Notes under the pieces: generated by a model | Told to the model about the DNA's origin: nothing | Database searches by the model: none | What the model saw: the letters and a program-made list of their open reading frames with translations, nothing else | In this document: positions 22,198 through 31,421 of the stretch, piece by piece | How positions within the stretch are numbered: the stretch's first letter is position 1 | Layout of the letters: every line of letters begins with the position of its first letter | Source: Nemertoderma westbladi | Taxonomy: Eukaryota > Animalia > Xenacoelomorpha | Reading direction: 5' to 3' | Length of the DNA: 35,147 bases | Assembly: GCA_032718475.1 (NCBI GenBank) | Contig: JAUCBJ010001681.1 | Coordinates: forward strand, 1-35,147 | Made by a program: the position numbers and the translations under genes

Positions 22198-24114
22198 TTA
22201 TAGTATGTGGTCGAGGTCGTACTGGGACTGGGAGGGGTCACTAACGAACCCATGGGGCATTCTGATTGGCTGGCCCTGAGACCCCCACTGGGACTGCTGC
22301 TGCTGGTTCATTAGTAAAAAGCGAAGATTGGCGTTAGATGGCGTGGTCTGACCCACGGTTAATACCTGCTGACCGCCCATTGGTTGTCCCACGGGAACGC
22401 TCATTGGCTGACCGACAATTGGTTGTCCCACGGGAACGCTAATTGGCTGACCGCCCATAGAGGAGACTGTCATTTGCTGTCCTATCGTCGCTTGGTTACC
22501 GAATTGACTTTGCAACTGTTGCAACGGGGCGGGCGGGAGACGGACCCCGGGAGGGGGCCCGGGGGGCAGCCCCCCTAACACCACGGGCTGTCCCATCTGC
22601 TGCTGCATCTGCTGCACGGATTGGGGTCCCATATGTCCCTGCATCGCCCCCATATGGTCAGTGTGCTGCGGGTATCCCGCTGACTGCGGTGGTGGGCGAG
22701 CCGGCTCGCCCGGGTGCAAACCGCCCCCCGTCATCGGGTTACTCTTAATCGCGTTGCGGATTTCCGCTATGAACCCGTGCTGATCCAGCGGGATGACCCC
22801 CACGAAGTGCTGCTTCTTGGGGACCCAGATAAGGATGAGGAACTGGTTATCGGGGGCCTGGCCAGCGAGGTTTATACAACCGGCGAACCCGAGACCGGAC
22901 GAGAAGAACTGCTGGAGACTACGAGCCTCGTCTGGGTTGGGGAACGATACCAACACGTTGCGGCACTGCTGGAGGTACGATGTGACTTGTTTGAGGATCT
23001 CGTGCGGGATGCAGTGCATGTTGAGTTGGTTGGCCCAGCGCTCGGTGGATATGTTGGACTCGCTACCCGCGTACATGATGCAGTGCGCGCTGTGCGCCAC
23101 CTTGCCGCTGGTTGCCGCGCCAGTATCCCCGGGCCACGCCGGCTGTTTCTCCACCCAGAGGAGGTGGCCGGACCAGATGGGGCGTTGTCGCGGCTCGTTG
23201 TGGGGCTCCCCGTACTGAGGGGGCGGGGCGGCGCCCCCGGGCGCTGGGGCACGGGGAATGGGCGCCGTGGCGCGGAAGGGGGGAGGTTGGGCGATCGGTG
23301 CGGGGGCTGGTTGCTGGTGGGCGGGCGCGGTCTGGGCGAGTTGGTGGGCGCCGGTGGGCGGCTGCGGGAGCGACTCCGTCTGGCTCCCTGGGGAGTCGTT
23401 CCCTTTGGTTACCAAGACAACCGGCGGCGTCCAGCGGCCCGCGAGTCGCGGCAGTATGGGCCGGGGGCCGCCCGCCGGTTGCCACTGTGCGCCGCCGGGC
23501 TGTCGGGCGCCACTCTGTGCCGCCGCAGCCATCGCCGCCTCAGCCGCTTTCTTGGCTCGCAGCAACGGGTTCGAGGTATCCGACTCAGTCGAACCAACAT
23601 GAACCACTTTACTGACCGACTCAGTTTGACTCGGAACCATAACAACCGGAGGTTTAGTCGCAACAGTTTCGGGTTTCGTCGTAACAGACGACGGTTGCGA
23701 CTCAGCTGTTGCTATGGTAACAATGGGTTTCTCAGCGGGTTTCTCTTCCGCCCGTTCGACGACGGCGCTCTTGCTGTCGTCCCGTCGCTCCGGTAACGAG
23801 TATCCATTGATAAGGACGAGGTGTCTGGGATCCTCTACGTGTTTCTGATTGTTACCGGTAGATGGCGCCACTCCCGTGTGGATTTCGTACAACTTGGCGA
23901 GTTGCGGGATCTTCTTAGGCGATACGACGGACAGATGGATGTTCCTATCGGCCATTATTGAGACGAGTTGGTGGCAGGTTCTACCGAGGAACTGTCGGGG
24001 CAGGGTCGTCTGGTTTTGGTGCGGCGTCGAGTTGCACATGAGTACGCAGTGCTGCACCGGTTGTAAGGAATGTTCGCCATGGGAAAGTCTCAGTTTACGT
24101 AACCCATCAAACGT
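22198..24114 (-). CDS. MED25: Mediator subunit 25, coding exon 2 (rest of VWA, ACID/PTOV domain, P/Q-rich tail, LxxLL box)
   Basis: Acceptor ttttgtttcccCAG before 24114. TFDGLRKLR...HCVLMCNSTP...IHLSVVSPKKIP continues the VWA domain, WSGHLLWVEK...FAGC...FVGVIPLDQHGF is the ACID domain, and NLRFLL is the NR box. Spliced protein 824 aa. Confidence 0.92.
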   Translation of the reverse strand, partial: TFDGLRKLRLSHGEHSLQPVQHCVLMCNSTPHQNQTTLPRQFLGRTCHQLVSIMADRNIHLSVVSPKKIPQLAKLYEIHTGVAPSTGNNQKHVEDPRHLVLINGYSLPERRDDSKSAVVERAEEKPAEKPIVTIATAESQPSSVTTKPETVATKPPVVMVPSQTESVSKVVHVGSTESDTSNPLLRAKKAAEAAMAAAAQSGARQPGGAQWQPAGGPRPILPRLAGRWTPPVVLVTKGNDSPGSQTESLPQPPTGAHQLAQTAPAHQQPAPAPIAQPPPFRATAPIPRAPAPGGAAPPPQYGEPHNEPRQRPIWSGHLLWVEKQPAWPGDTGAATSGKVAHSAHCIMYAGSESNISTERWANQLNMHCIPHEILKQVTSYLQQCRNVLVSFPNPDEARSLQQFFSSGLGFAGCINLAGQAPDNQFLILIWVPKKQHFVGVIPLDQHGFIAEIRNAIKSNPMTGGGLHPGEPARPPPQSAGYPQHTDHMGAMQGHMGPQSVQQMQQQMGQPVVLGGLPPGPPPGVRLPPAPLQQLQSQFGNQATIGQQMTVSSMGGQPISVPVGQPIVGQPMSVPVGQPMGGQQVLTVGQTTPSNANLRFLLMNQQQQSQWGSQGQPIRMPHGFVSDPSQSQYDLDHIL

Positions 24115-24315
24115 CTGGGGAAACAAAATTAATGCGTTTAATATACACATACTCGTAGTAGAATCTAGCTAGCTAATACTACCAGTTACGCATTTATCTA
24201 ATACATTCCACAACAGCAACTGTTTTAATGAGAAGCCTAAAGGAACACCATTTTTTAAACACCATTTTTTCCTCAGTTAGTTTATACTCATTTGGGAGGC
24301 AGGGTGCAGGGGTGA

Positions 24316-24546
24316 GGGGGGGGGGCTGGCTCGAGCAAAATCCCATCTCGGCGAATTGAAATATCCCCTCAAAGGTAAATTAAGGGAAAGGAGCAGGTTA
24401 TAGTGGCACGTTATTTTAACTAAAACAATAAACGAAACTGAATAGATCACAAGAACAGACTACAATTTTATTTTTAAGAATAACCAGTTATTTTCTTTGA
24501 TTTTCCCCTGGTGAGGGATGAATATTGAATGCGTCGAATGCACCCC
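24316..24546 (+). repeat. Short interspersed element, copy B (in MED25 intron)
   Basis: Direct, diverged copy of 17327-17548 with shorter G/C tracts and an internal insertion. Confidence 0.7.
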
Positions 24547-25087
24547 ACTGGACATATTAATTCCCCTGCTGTAAAAGTATTTTACTGTAAAAGTAAAAGA
24601 TTATCCTATTTCAGTACACAATTATAAACTTTAGTTTGGAATACAACAGTACTAATTTATATTTTTAGTAAAGGCTATGCCGACAGACGACAACCGTTAT
24701 TAGGATAATGAACACCAACGAAACTGTAACTGAAACTGTGCTGAAATTGTTCTGGACTCCACTCTGGCTAGAATATCCTGTTCAGACTGTTACAAACATC
24801 AATAAAAAACATTTCAATGGGTATCAGCAGTAATTATATTGTCAGCTGAGGTTGTCGGCGTAAAGTGTTTTTACAGAATTCTCATTGCGAGAAAAACTCA
24901 CTAATTTATTGTTCTTATAGATAAACGGTTGATATTGATATTGATTTATTGAGATCATAATATTAATACTGTAATACAACAATCAAATGGGTTATAACGG
25001 TAAATATAGTTTAAAATATATTGATACTATAAATAAAATACTGTAGTTGCAGTTATGTTATGGTAAAATACGGCAAATATGTCTCGT

Positions 25088-25130
25088 AGGATAGCCCCAT
25101 GAGGCATAGCCTCATCTCCCTGGGGGTCCT
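25088..25130 (-). other. LINE 3' UTR stem-loop (candidate RT recognition signal)
   Basis: Minus strand aggacccccagggagATGAGGCtatGCCTCATggggctatcct: 7 bp inner stem, extended by cccca/tgggg and agga/tcct pairing. Confidence 0.65.
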
Positions 25131-25916
25131 CTAAAAAATAATGGGATAAGTACGAAATGTGCACATGGATCTACTGCACGTACGATAGCAGATTGCAACA
25201 AGTCTAGGGTTAATTTCATACACCATCAACTAAAAATAATCATTAAAAATAAATATTTGGAATTGCATGCAATGTCACAATTAATTGTAGCCAATGATTG
25301 CCAAGTAAAAGGTTGGCAGTAAAAGGTTGGCAAGATTAAAAATAAGGATAAGTAAAATAAAAGTGGGTTAATTAAGTGGAAATTCTGATGGTGACGGATA
25401 TTCACAAGGTGCTAGTCAAAAAGTGCTAGTAAAATTAAACAAATTTAAGTTTAAGTACAACATCGTTTTTTCCAGTGCAGAGTAGTTTTAAAATATTAAA
25501 AATAATGAATTTCCATGTATATTTCCGGGCAGATGATATAAAAAGGTTAAGTAGCAGGCATTATTTAAAAAAAAAAGAAAAAAAAGCCGTATTACTAACA
25601 TTATTTAAAACAAAGATCACTAAAATTATTTTAAAAAAAGATTACAAAACACTGGTACAATATTAGTTATTAAAAAATTATAAAAGCATAGATTATGAAC
25701 ATATTATAGTACGTAGGTCATGCAAGTGGTGTAAAATAAGAATATCAAATAAAATACAGGAATTAAATATTAGTAAAATAATTTAACATACAGTACTGTA
25801 AATAAGGTACGTCAAATAATTTAGAATTACAATAGAAATTCCAATATGAGTTGACATTAAAATATCCTTTACTTTATCACGTCATATACAGTATACACGA
25901 CAACAAAAAATTAAAA

Positions 25917-28900
25917 TTAACTGATATCAATGTGGTTCATAAAGTAATTTTTTACTTGATGCTTAAAACTTTCGATATTTGGTGCACTTTTAACACTGAC
26001 TGGTAGATCGTTCCAGAGTTTTGGACCTAGATACGAAAACGACTTTTGTCCAAAGACTGTATTACGATAGGGAATTTCTGCTTTCATTTCCGAATTCCTC
26101 AAGGCTCTCCTATCCAATCTATCTTCTTCAAAAGTGACCATTTCTGATATATAATCTGGGGCGGAGTTACTGTGAGTTTTATACATAAGTGTCAGTATTT
26201 GTTGATTTACTCTATCCGGGATTGGAAGCCAGTTAATTTGTCGGTAGTGTGAGACTTCAATATGGGATCGTGAATCGAGTGATAGGCAGTATCGCACCAT
26301 CTTACGTTGCAAACATTCTAGTCTTCCTTTCCAATGTTTAGATGCGGTGGGAAACCAAGTGATACTGCAATAGTCGAGTAAAGGTTGAATCAGCGCGTTG
26401 CACAACAGACGCTTTAGAGTGTAGTCTAGGAGAGAATTGACTCTGTAGAGGAACTTCTACCGTGAGTTTGCTTTCTTCACTATTTTCGTTATCATGGCTT
26501 CGCCATTAAGACTCTCATTGAACCAACAGCCAAGATATTTTATTTCTTCCTCATTTGGTATTGGAATCCCATTACAAGAAACTGTCAACCGATCACCAGT
26601 ACAATTAGATAGCCTTTGCCAGGTTCCAAATAATATGGCCTTTTTTTTCCAAAGTGCATGGTCATCCTGTTCTGGATGAACCATTCATTAAGGCTCTCTA
26701 GATTGCGCGTTAATATCTGTGATATTGTTGAGATATTATCTCCTGAAGCAGCCTCATTTGTATCATCTGCAAACTTGGGTGAGATGCAATTATCATCGAT
26801 ACTCTGGTCAGAATCATTAGTTGTGCACTAGAATAGTAGCACTCCCAGCACAGACCCCTGTGGCACCCCATCATCATTTAAACGTTCAGATGAACAGACT
26901 CCATCTATAGCAACTACCTGACGTCTGTCAGACAGATATGAACTGAACCATTTCACTGTCTTCTCGCAAAACCCCATGTATTTTAGCTTCATTAATATAA
27001 CATTATGATCGATCGAGTCAAATGCTTTCCTTAAATCAATGGTTACCATACCTGTTAGCTGTCCTTTGTCTGCTGCTGTTCTGATAAAATTGTCCAGAAA
27101 GGTGAGGCATGTTTCGGTGGAGTAGCCCTCACGGAATCCCGATTGAAGTTTACACAGTATTTTGCTATCAACCATGTATTTATAGGATTGATCATACATA
27201 AGTCGTTCTAGAGTTTTTGACAATATTGGTAACAGTGCTACAGGTCTATAGTTTTCCCGTCGTAAAACTGGTCCCTCTTTAAACACTGGTGTCGTTTTTG
27301 ACAGTTTTAGACATGTTGGATATGTGGAACTATCAATAGATAGGTTGGCAATATGAGCTATTGGAGAGGACAGCAATGCAGCACCATCTTTGAACAACTT
27401 AGTTGGTAGACCATCAATACCAGGCGATTTTGTTGTATCAAGTTTGGATAAAATATCATACACATCGGATTCCGATACAGTAGACAGTGTAAACGAGTCT
27501 AACTTGACACCCTTTTTCCTGTAATATTCCTCTACAGCAGATTCTCCATATCGACCACTTGGGGGTGGTAATTGATCTGCCATTTTCTTTGCCACTGTCG
27601 TGTAATATTCGTTGAACTCTTCTGCTATCTGCTGTTTATCAGTAATAACTATTTCCTTTACAATACCATTCTCTTCAATGATCTTGCTTATTGCGTTTAG
27701 TTTGTTTGAGTTGCTTTTCCGAGATGGTGCACCAATGGATTTTAATGTTTTCCATAATTGTTTTGGATTTGCGCGGTAATTCTCTATTGTTGTTTTGATG
27801 TATGTATACTTTGATACTCGTATTGCCTGCATGGTTATATTCCTGAGTCTTTTATATTCCAACTCGTTCTCAATTGATTTATGCAAGTTAAACTTTGCCA
27901 TGGCCTTATCACGTGCTATAGTAAGCTCACAGAGTTCTCTTGAAAACCATGGGGATGATGTTGCTTTCACTTTCCTCTCACGAGATGGAGCTAATGTATT
28001 CAAAATCTCAGTTAAGTGTGTGGTTAGGAGTTCTGCCGCCGTATTTACTGTTGTCTCATCCAATATCGCTCTAACAACCTGATTGTTACATATCATGTCG
28101 TTGACATTATCTTGTGAGTAATTTCTATAGGTGCGAACATTAATTAGTTTTTCTTCCTTCTGTACTTTTACTTTTTTCCTCGTTATAAATATTGCGTAAT
28201 GATCACTCATTCCAGTTTTTATAACACCATGATTTGATATCTTATTGCAGTTCTTTGCAACATAAATATGATCCAGTAGTGTGGCAGTTGTTGCAGTAAC
28301 TCTTGTTGGAGATGTGATAACCTGGTCTGTGCCTGTAGAGAGACAGAAAGCGGACACTGTTTTCCTTTCAGCGATTAAGTCTGGATTTGCAGTTGGCCCA
28401 TACATGTTTACATTTATGTCTCCCAAAATATAGTATTCCTTTATATTTGCAATGTTTTCAAACTCCAGTTCGATACACTTAAAAAATGCTGCAGCTGTCA
28501 TAGTTTGTGGCCTATATACCACACCAAGTAAAATTGGAGATGTTTGAGGCAAATACAAAAATCCAAATAGAGATTCTATACACAGCAAATTTTCATTTTG
28601 CTGAAATTGTTTAGGTATATTAAAAACTAATGTGTTTTTTACATATAGCGCCACACCTCCACCATTGCGATTTCTATCATTCCGGAATAGATTATAGTTT
28701 GATATTGATATTTCTTCATTAGTAATTGTGGGATCTAGCCAAGTCTCAGTGAATGCTAGCATATCTATCCGGTGCTTTACTGTTAATTCTCTAAGTTCAG
28801 GAAGTTTGGGCAATAAACTCTGTGTGTTCAAGTGCATTATGTGTATACCTTTAGATTTAAATATACCATAAATTGTATCAGTGTTCTCACTTTGAGCATC

Positions 28901-28936
28901 ATAACTGGTTTTGTTGCTGATGGGAGATTCTCCTAG
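25917..28936 (-). pseudogene. LINE ORF2 (AP endonuclease + reverse transcriptase) with three lesions
   Basis: APE motifs HLNTQS, TETWL, GGGVALYV, GDIN, LDHIY, SDH; RT motifs NYRPVALLP, QSGFR, DLRKAFD, GVPQGSVLG, FADD (26773-26762). In-frame TAG at 26830-26828 and 26459-26457; frameshift in the A-run near 26645. Confidence 0.9.
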
Positions 28937-30172
28937 TCAGTCCACCTGCTCAGTGGCATCCATATTTATCATTCCAGTTCTGTTTGGAGACTGGTTCACT
29001 CGTGTTTGTGTCGGAGTTGCAACCACTACTCGGTCATTTTGAATTCTCCATCTTTTCTCTGGGTTATTTAATCTATGACGACGTAGCTCGACACGTAACT
29101 CATATTGAAATTTTAGTTGGGCTGCGGTTAAGTCTGGGTTTATATATACATTACCAAATCGAGCTGATTTCCTAAGAAGTTTTGCCTTCCTTAGAAGTTC
29201 ATTCCGTTTCTCTTCTGTTAGTTTGACAACAAGCTTCTGTGGAAACCCATTATCCCCATTTCCAACCCTCTTAGTTATATAGTTTACCCCACTTATATCA
29301 ATACCGAGTTCTTGTGAGAGGCTGTCAACTAAGTGTTTGTCACTTTTATTACAAATAGGTAATCCTGAAATAACCACATTGGTTTTCTTCTTTTCCTGAA
29401 GATCCTGTTCCAGAGAAACCTCACGGACGATTTCAGCTACAGGTAGAGTTGGATTCTTCCGATTCTTCCGGACAACATCTGTCCAAGAAGGAGATAGATT
29501 TTCATTTACCAGTGGGTCTTCCATTAAACCTCTTTGCTTTCTGAAGTCCTCCTGATTTTCTTCTAATATGTCTAGTCGGGTTTCAGTTTCTTTGCGCAAA
29601 GCTGAGATCCCATCATCGAGATCGTCAGCTTGTTCCCTATGTTCAGATTGCAGATGTTTCAGCTCATTATATTGCAATTCGCATGTTTCCTTCAGAGTGT
29701 TTATTTCGGATTGAAGAACTAACCTGAAATTTGTCATTTCTTTATTTATTGCGATTAATTTTGCACTATGTTCCTCCTCTGACTTCTGAATATAGTCGTC
29801 TTTCTCTTTTAAGCCTTTTTCCAGGTCATATACTCTCCTGGCGCTGCACATTCCGCAGATAAACTCACTTGCTGTAACATCACCATTAATGACAGTATAT
29901 TCGATTGAGGTCCAAATTGAAGTGCAACATGAGCATTCAACCTGCAATTTCTTCCACTTTCTCAGTTTTCCATTTTCCTGCTTTCCTACCTCTTTTCCAT
30001 TTTGAGTGTTGATCACTACCTTGTCCAATTCCTTGGACCGCCTTGTATTTGGTAAACGGCCACTCAAAGAATTGCGACCCTGACTATCGTAGCCATTTAT
30101 TGAGTCACATCCTTTGCTGTTACTGTTAGTTCCTGAATCAGTACCGGTGGTACGTTTATTATCTCTTTCCAT
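28937..30172 (-). CDS. LINE ORF1 protein (Cys cluster, coiled coil, RRM/CTD-like domain)
   Basis: CSCC...FICGMC, heptad region, SWTDVV, NVVISGLP...KRVG...PQKLVVKL...LLRKAKLLR...VYINPDLT. First ATG at 30172; the frame is open. Confidence 0.85.
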   Translation of the reverse strand: MERDNKRTTGTDSGTNSNSKGCDSINGYDSQGRNSLSGRLPNTRRSKELDKVVINTQNGKEVGKQENGKLRKWKKLQVECSCCTSIWTSIEYTVINGDVTASEFICGMCSARRVYDLEKGLKEKDDYIQKSEEEHSAKLIAINKEMTNFRLVLQSEINTLKETCELQYNELKHLQSEHREQADDLDDGISALRKETETRLDILEENQEDFRKQRGLMEDPLVNENLSPSWTDVVRKNRKNPTLPVAEIVREVSLEQDLQEKKKTNVVISGLPICNKSDKHLVDSLSQELGIDISGVNYITKRVGNGDNGFPQKLVVKLTEEKRNELLRKAKLLRKSARFGNVYINPDLTAAQLKFQYELRVELRRHRLNNPEKRWRIQNDRVVVATPTQTRVNQSPNRTGMINMDATEQVD

Positions 30173-30548
30173 TGGTAGGACAAATAACAATAAATTTCCT
30201 CTTCAACCTTTAAATTATTTGTTAGTTTGTTGTCTGACCATCTGATGATGTAGTGTAGATTTATCGTTTATATTGATATATATACCAGTATGATAAACCA
30301 TATATATAAATAAATAAACCAATACTGGCTGAGTACTGTACTTCTTAATTAGCTGTATTCCACTCAATCCACTTCTATTTTCACTATTTTTGCTATAGCT
30401 CGCAGCTACCGGTAGTTTATACTGACTGACTTTCAGTTACCGGTACAATGTAATGCTAATGTTATGCTTATGATGCTACATTGGTACCGCAAATTATTAA
30501 TGTAATGTAATGACTAATTAATACAGTAATAGCTGAATAGTTACCAAC

Positions 30549-31106
30549 CTGCAGTGCTACACCCAAGCCATCCGCTACCATCGTACTCAACTCCCCACAC
30601 CCGCCTCTCATCCTCAGCGCATCCAACATTCGCATAAACTTAAACCCTCTACTGCTAACTCCGTGGTATTTAACCGGAGGGGCCGGCAAACAATCCACGG
30701 CACTGAAAGTTAGTAGGGCGAACAGATTCAAACTGTAATCCTCGTAATTGAGTTTCAGTTCCGAGATTAGAGGATATTTGGTGAAATATTCTATTGTCGG
30801 CGTAATGTAGGCGACTTTCATTGCTTCGATGTCACGCCCCATTCCCGCTGTTGTCTCTATAAGGAACACCACATCGGCGAACTGCCGGGCTGGTACTGGT
30901 ACCGGTAGTGGCGACGGCTCAGACGTCACGGGACAGTCAGTAAGACTTTCCGATTTAGTAACGGTAATGGTATCTGTTGGGCAGGCTCCATCTGCGGTTA
31001 CCGTTACCGTAGTAGTAGCGGTGTCGGCTGGCGGCGGTGGTGTGCATTCCTCCATTGGCGTCGGAGTTTGAGCAGACGACTCTGTCGGTAGAGCCTCCTC
31101 ATCCAT
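30549..31106 (-). CDS. MED25: Mediator subunit 25, coding exon 1 (N-terminal part of VWA domain)
   Basis: ADVVFLIETTAGMG...YITPTIEYF...GGCGE...VADGLGVALQ matches the MED25 VWA domain. Donor CAG/GTTGGT follows 30549 (186 codons, phase 0). Confidence 0.9.
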
Positions 31107-31421
31107 TACCGTACCAGATTGCTGCAGCCTGCAGGTATTAAATTACCGGTACTGAATTATGTCTCCACCAATCTGCCAATCCAACACTTTAGTAATTACA
31201 TAGGGCGGGGTCGCTTCCACGCTCCAGGTGCCGGGGTACCGGGTACACAGACCTACGCGTAGCGTACCTACACAGGCCAGCAGGCTGACAGGCCACAGGT
31301 GACAGGCGACACTGACAGGCTGACAGCGTGACAGGTACACTGCAGCACTGCCTGACTGCTGCACTGTTTTCTTGCATAATTATACCGATACGCGGTACAA
31401 TATATCTATAAATGTAATGTG

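Larger units (their letters stand above)
24929..30250 (-). mobile_element. Near full-length CR1/L2-group (Crack/Daphne-like) LINE in the MED25 intron, same orientation as the host gene
   Basis: ORF1, APE-RT ORF2, ~1 kb 3' UTR, 3' stem-loop (25088-25130), AATAAA (24950-24945) and (TCAATA)n tail (24944-24929). The 5' boundary is approximate and no TSD was found. Confidence 0.9.

Noticed and set aside
22384-24172. Multiple antisense and alternate-frame ORFs up to 360 aa
   Set aside because: Shadows of the GC-rich MED25 exon, where stop codons are rare; no recognisable domains.
30468-30548. Hydrophobic C-terminal extension of the 212 aa ORF
   Set aside because: Read-through into the intron past the CAG/GTTGGT donor; MED25 similarity resumes at 24114.
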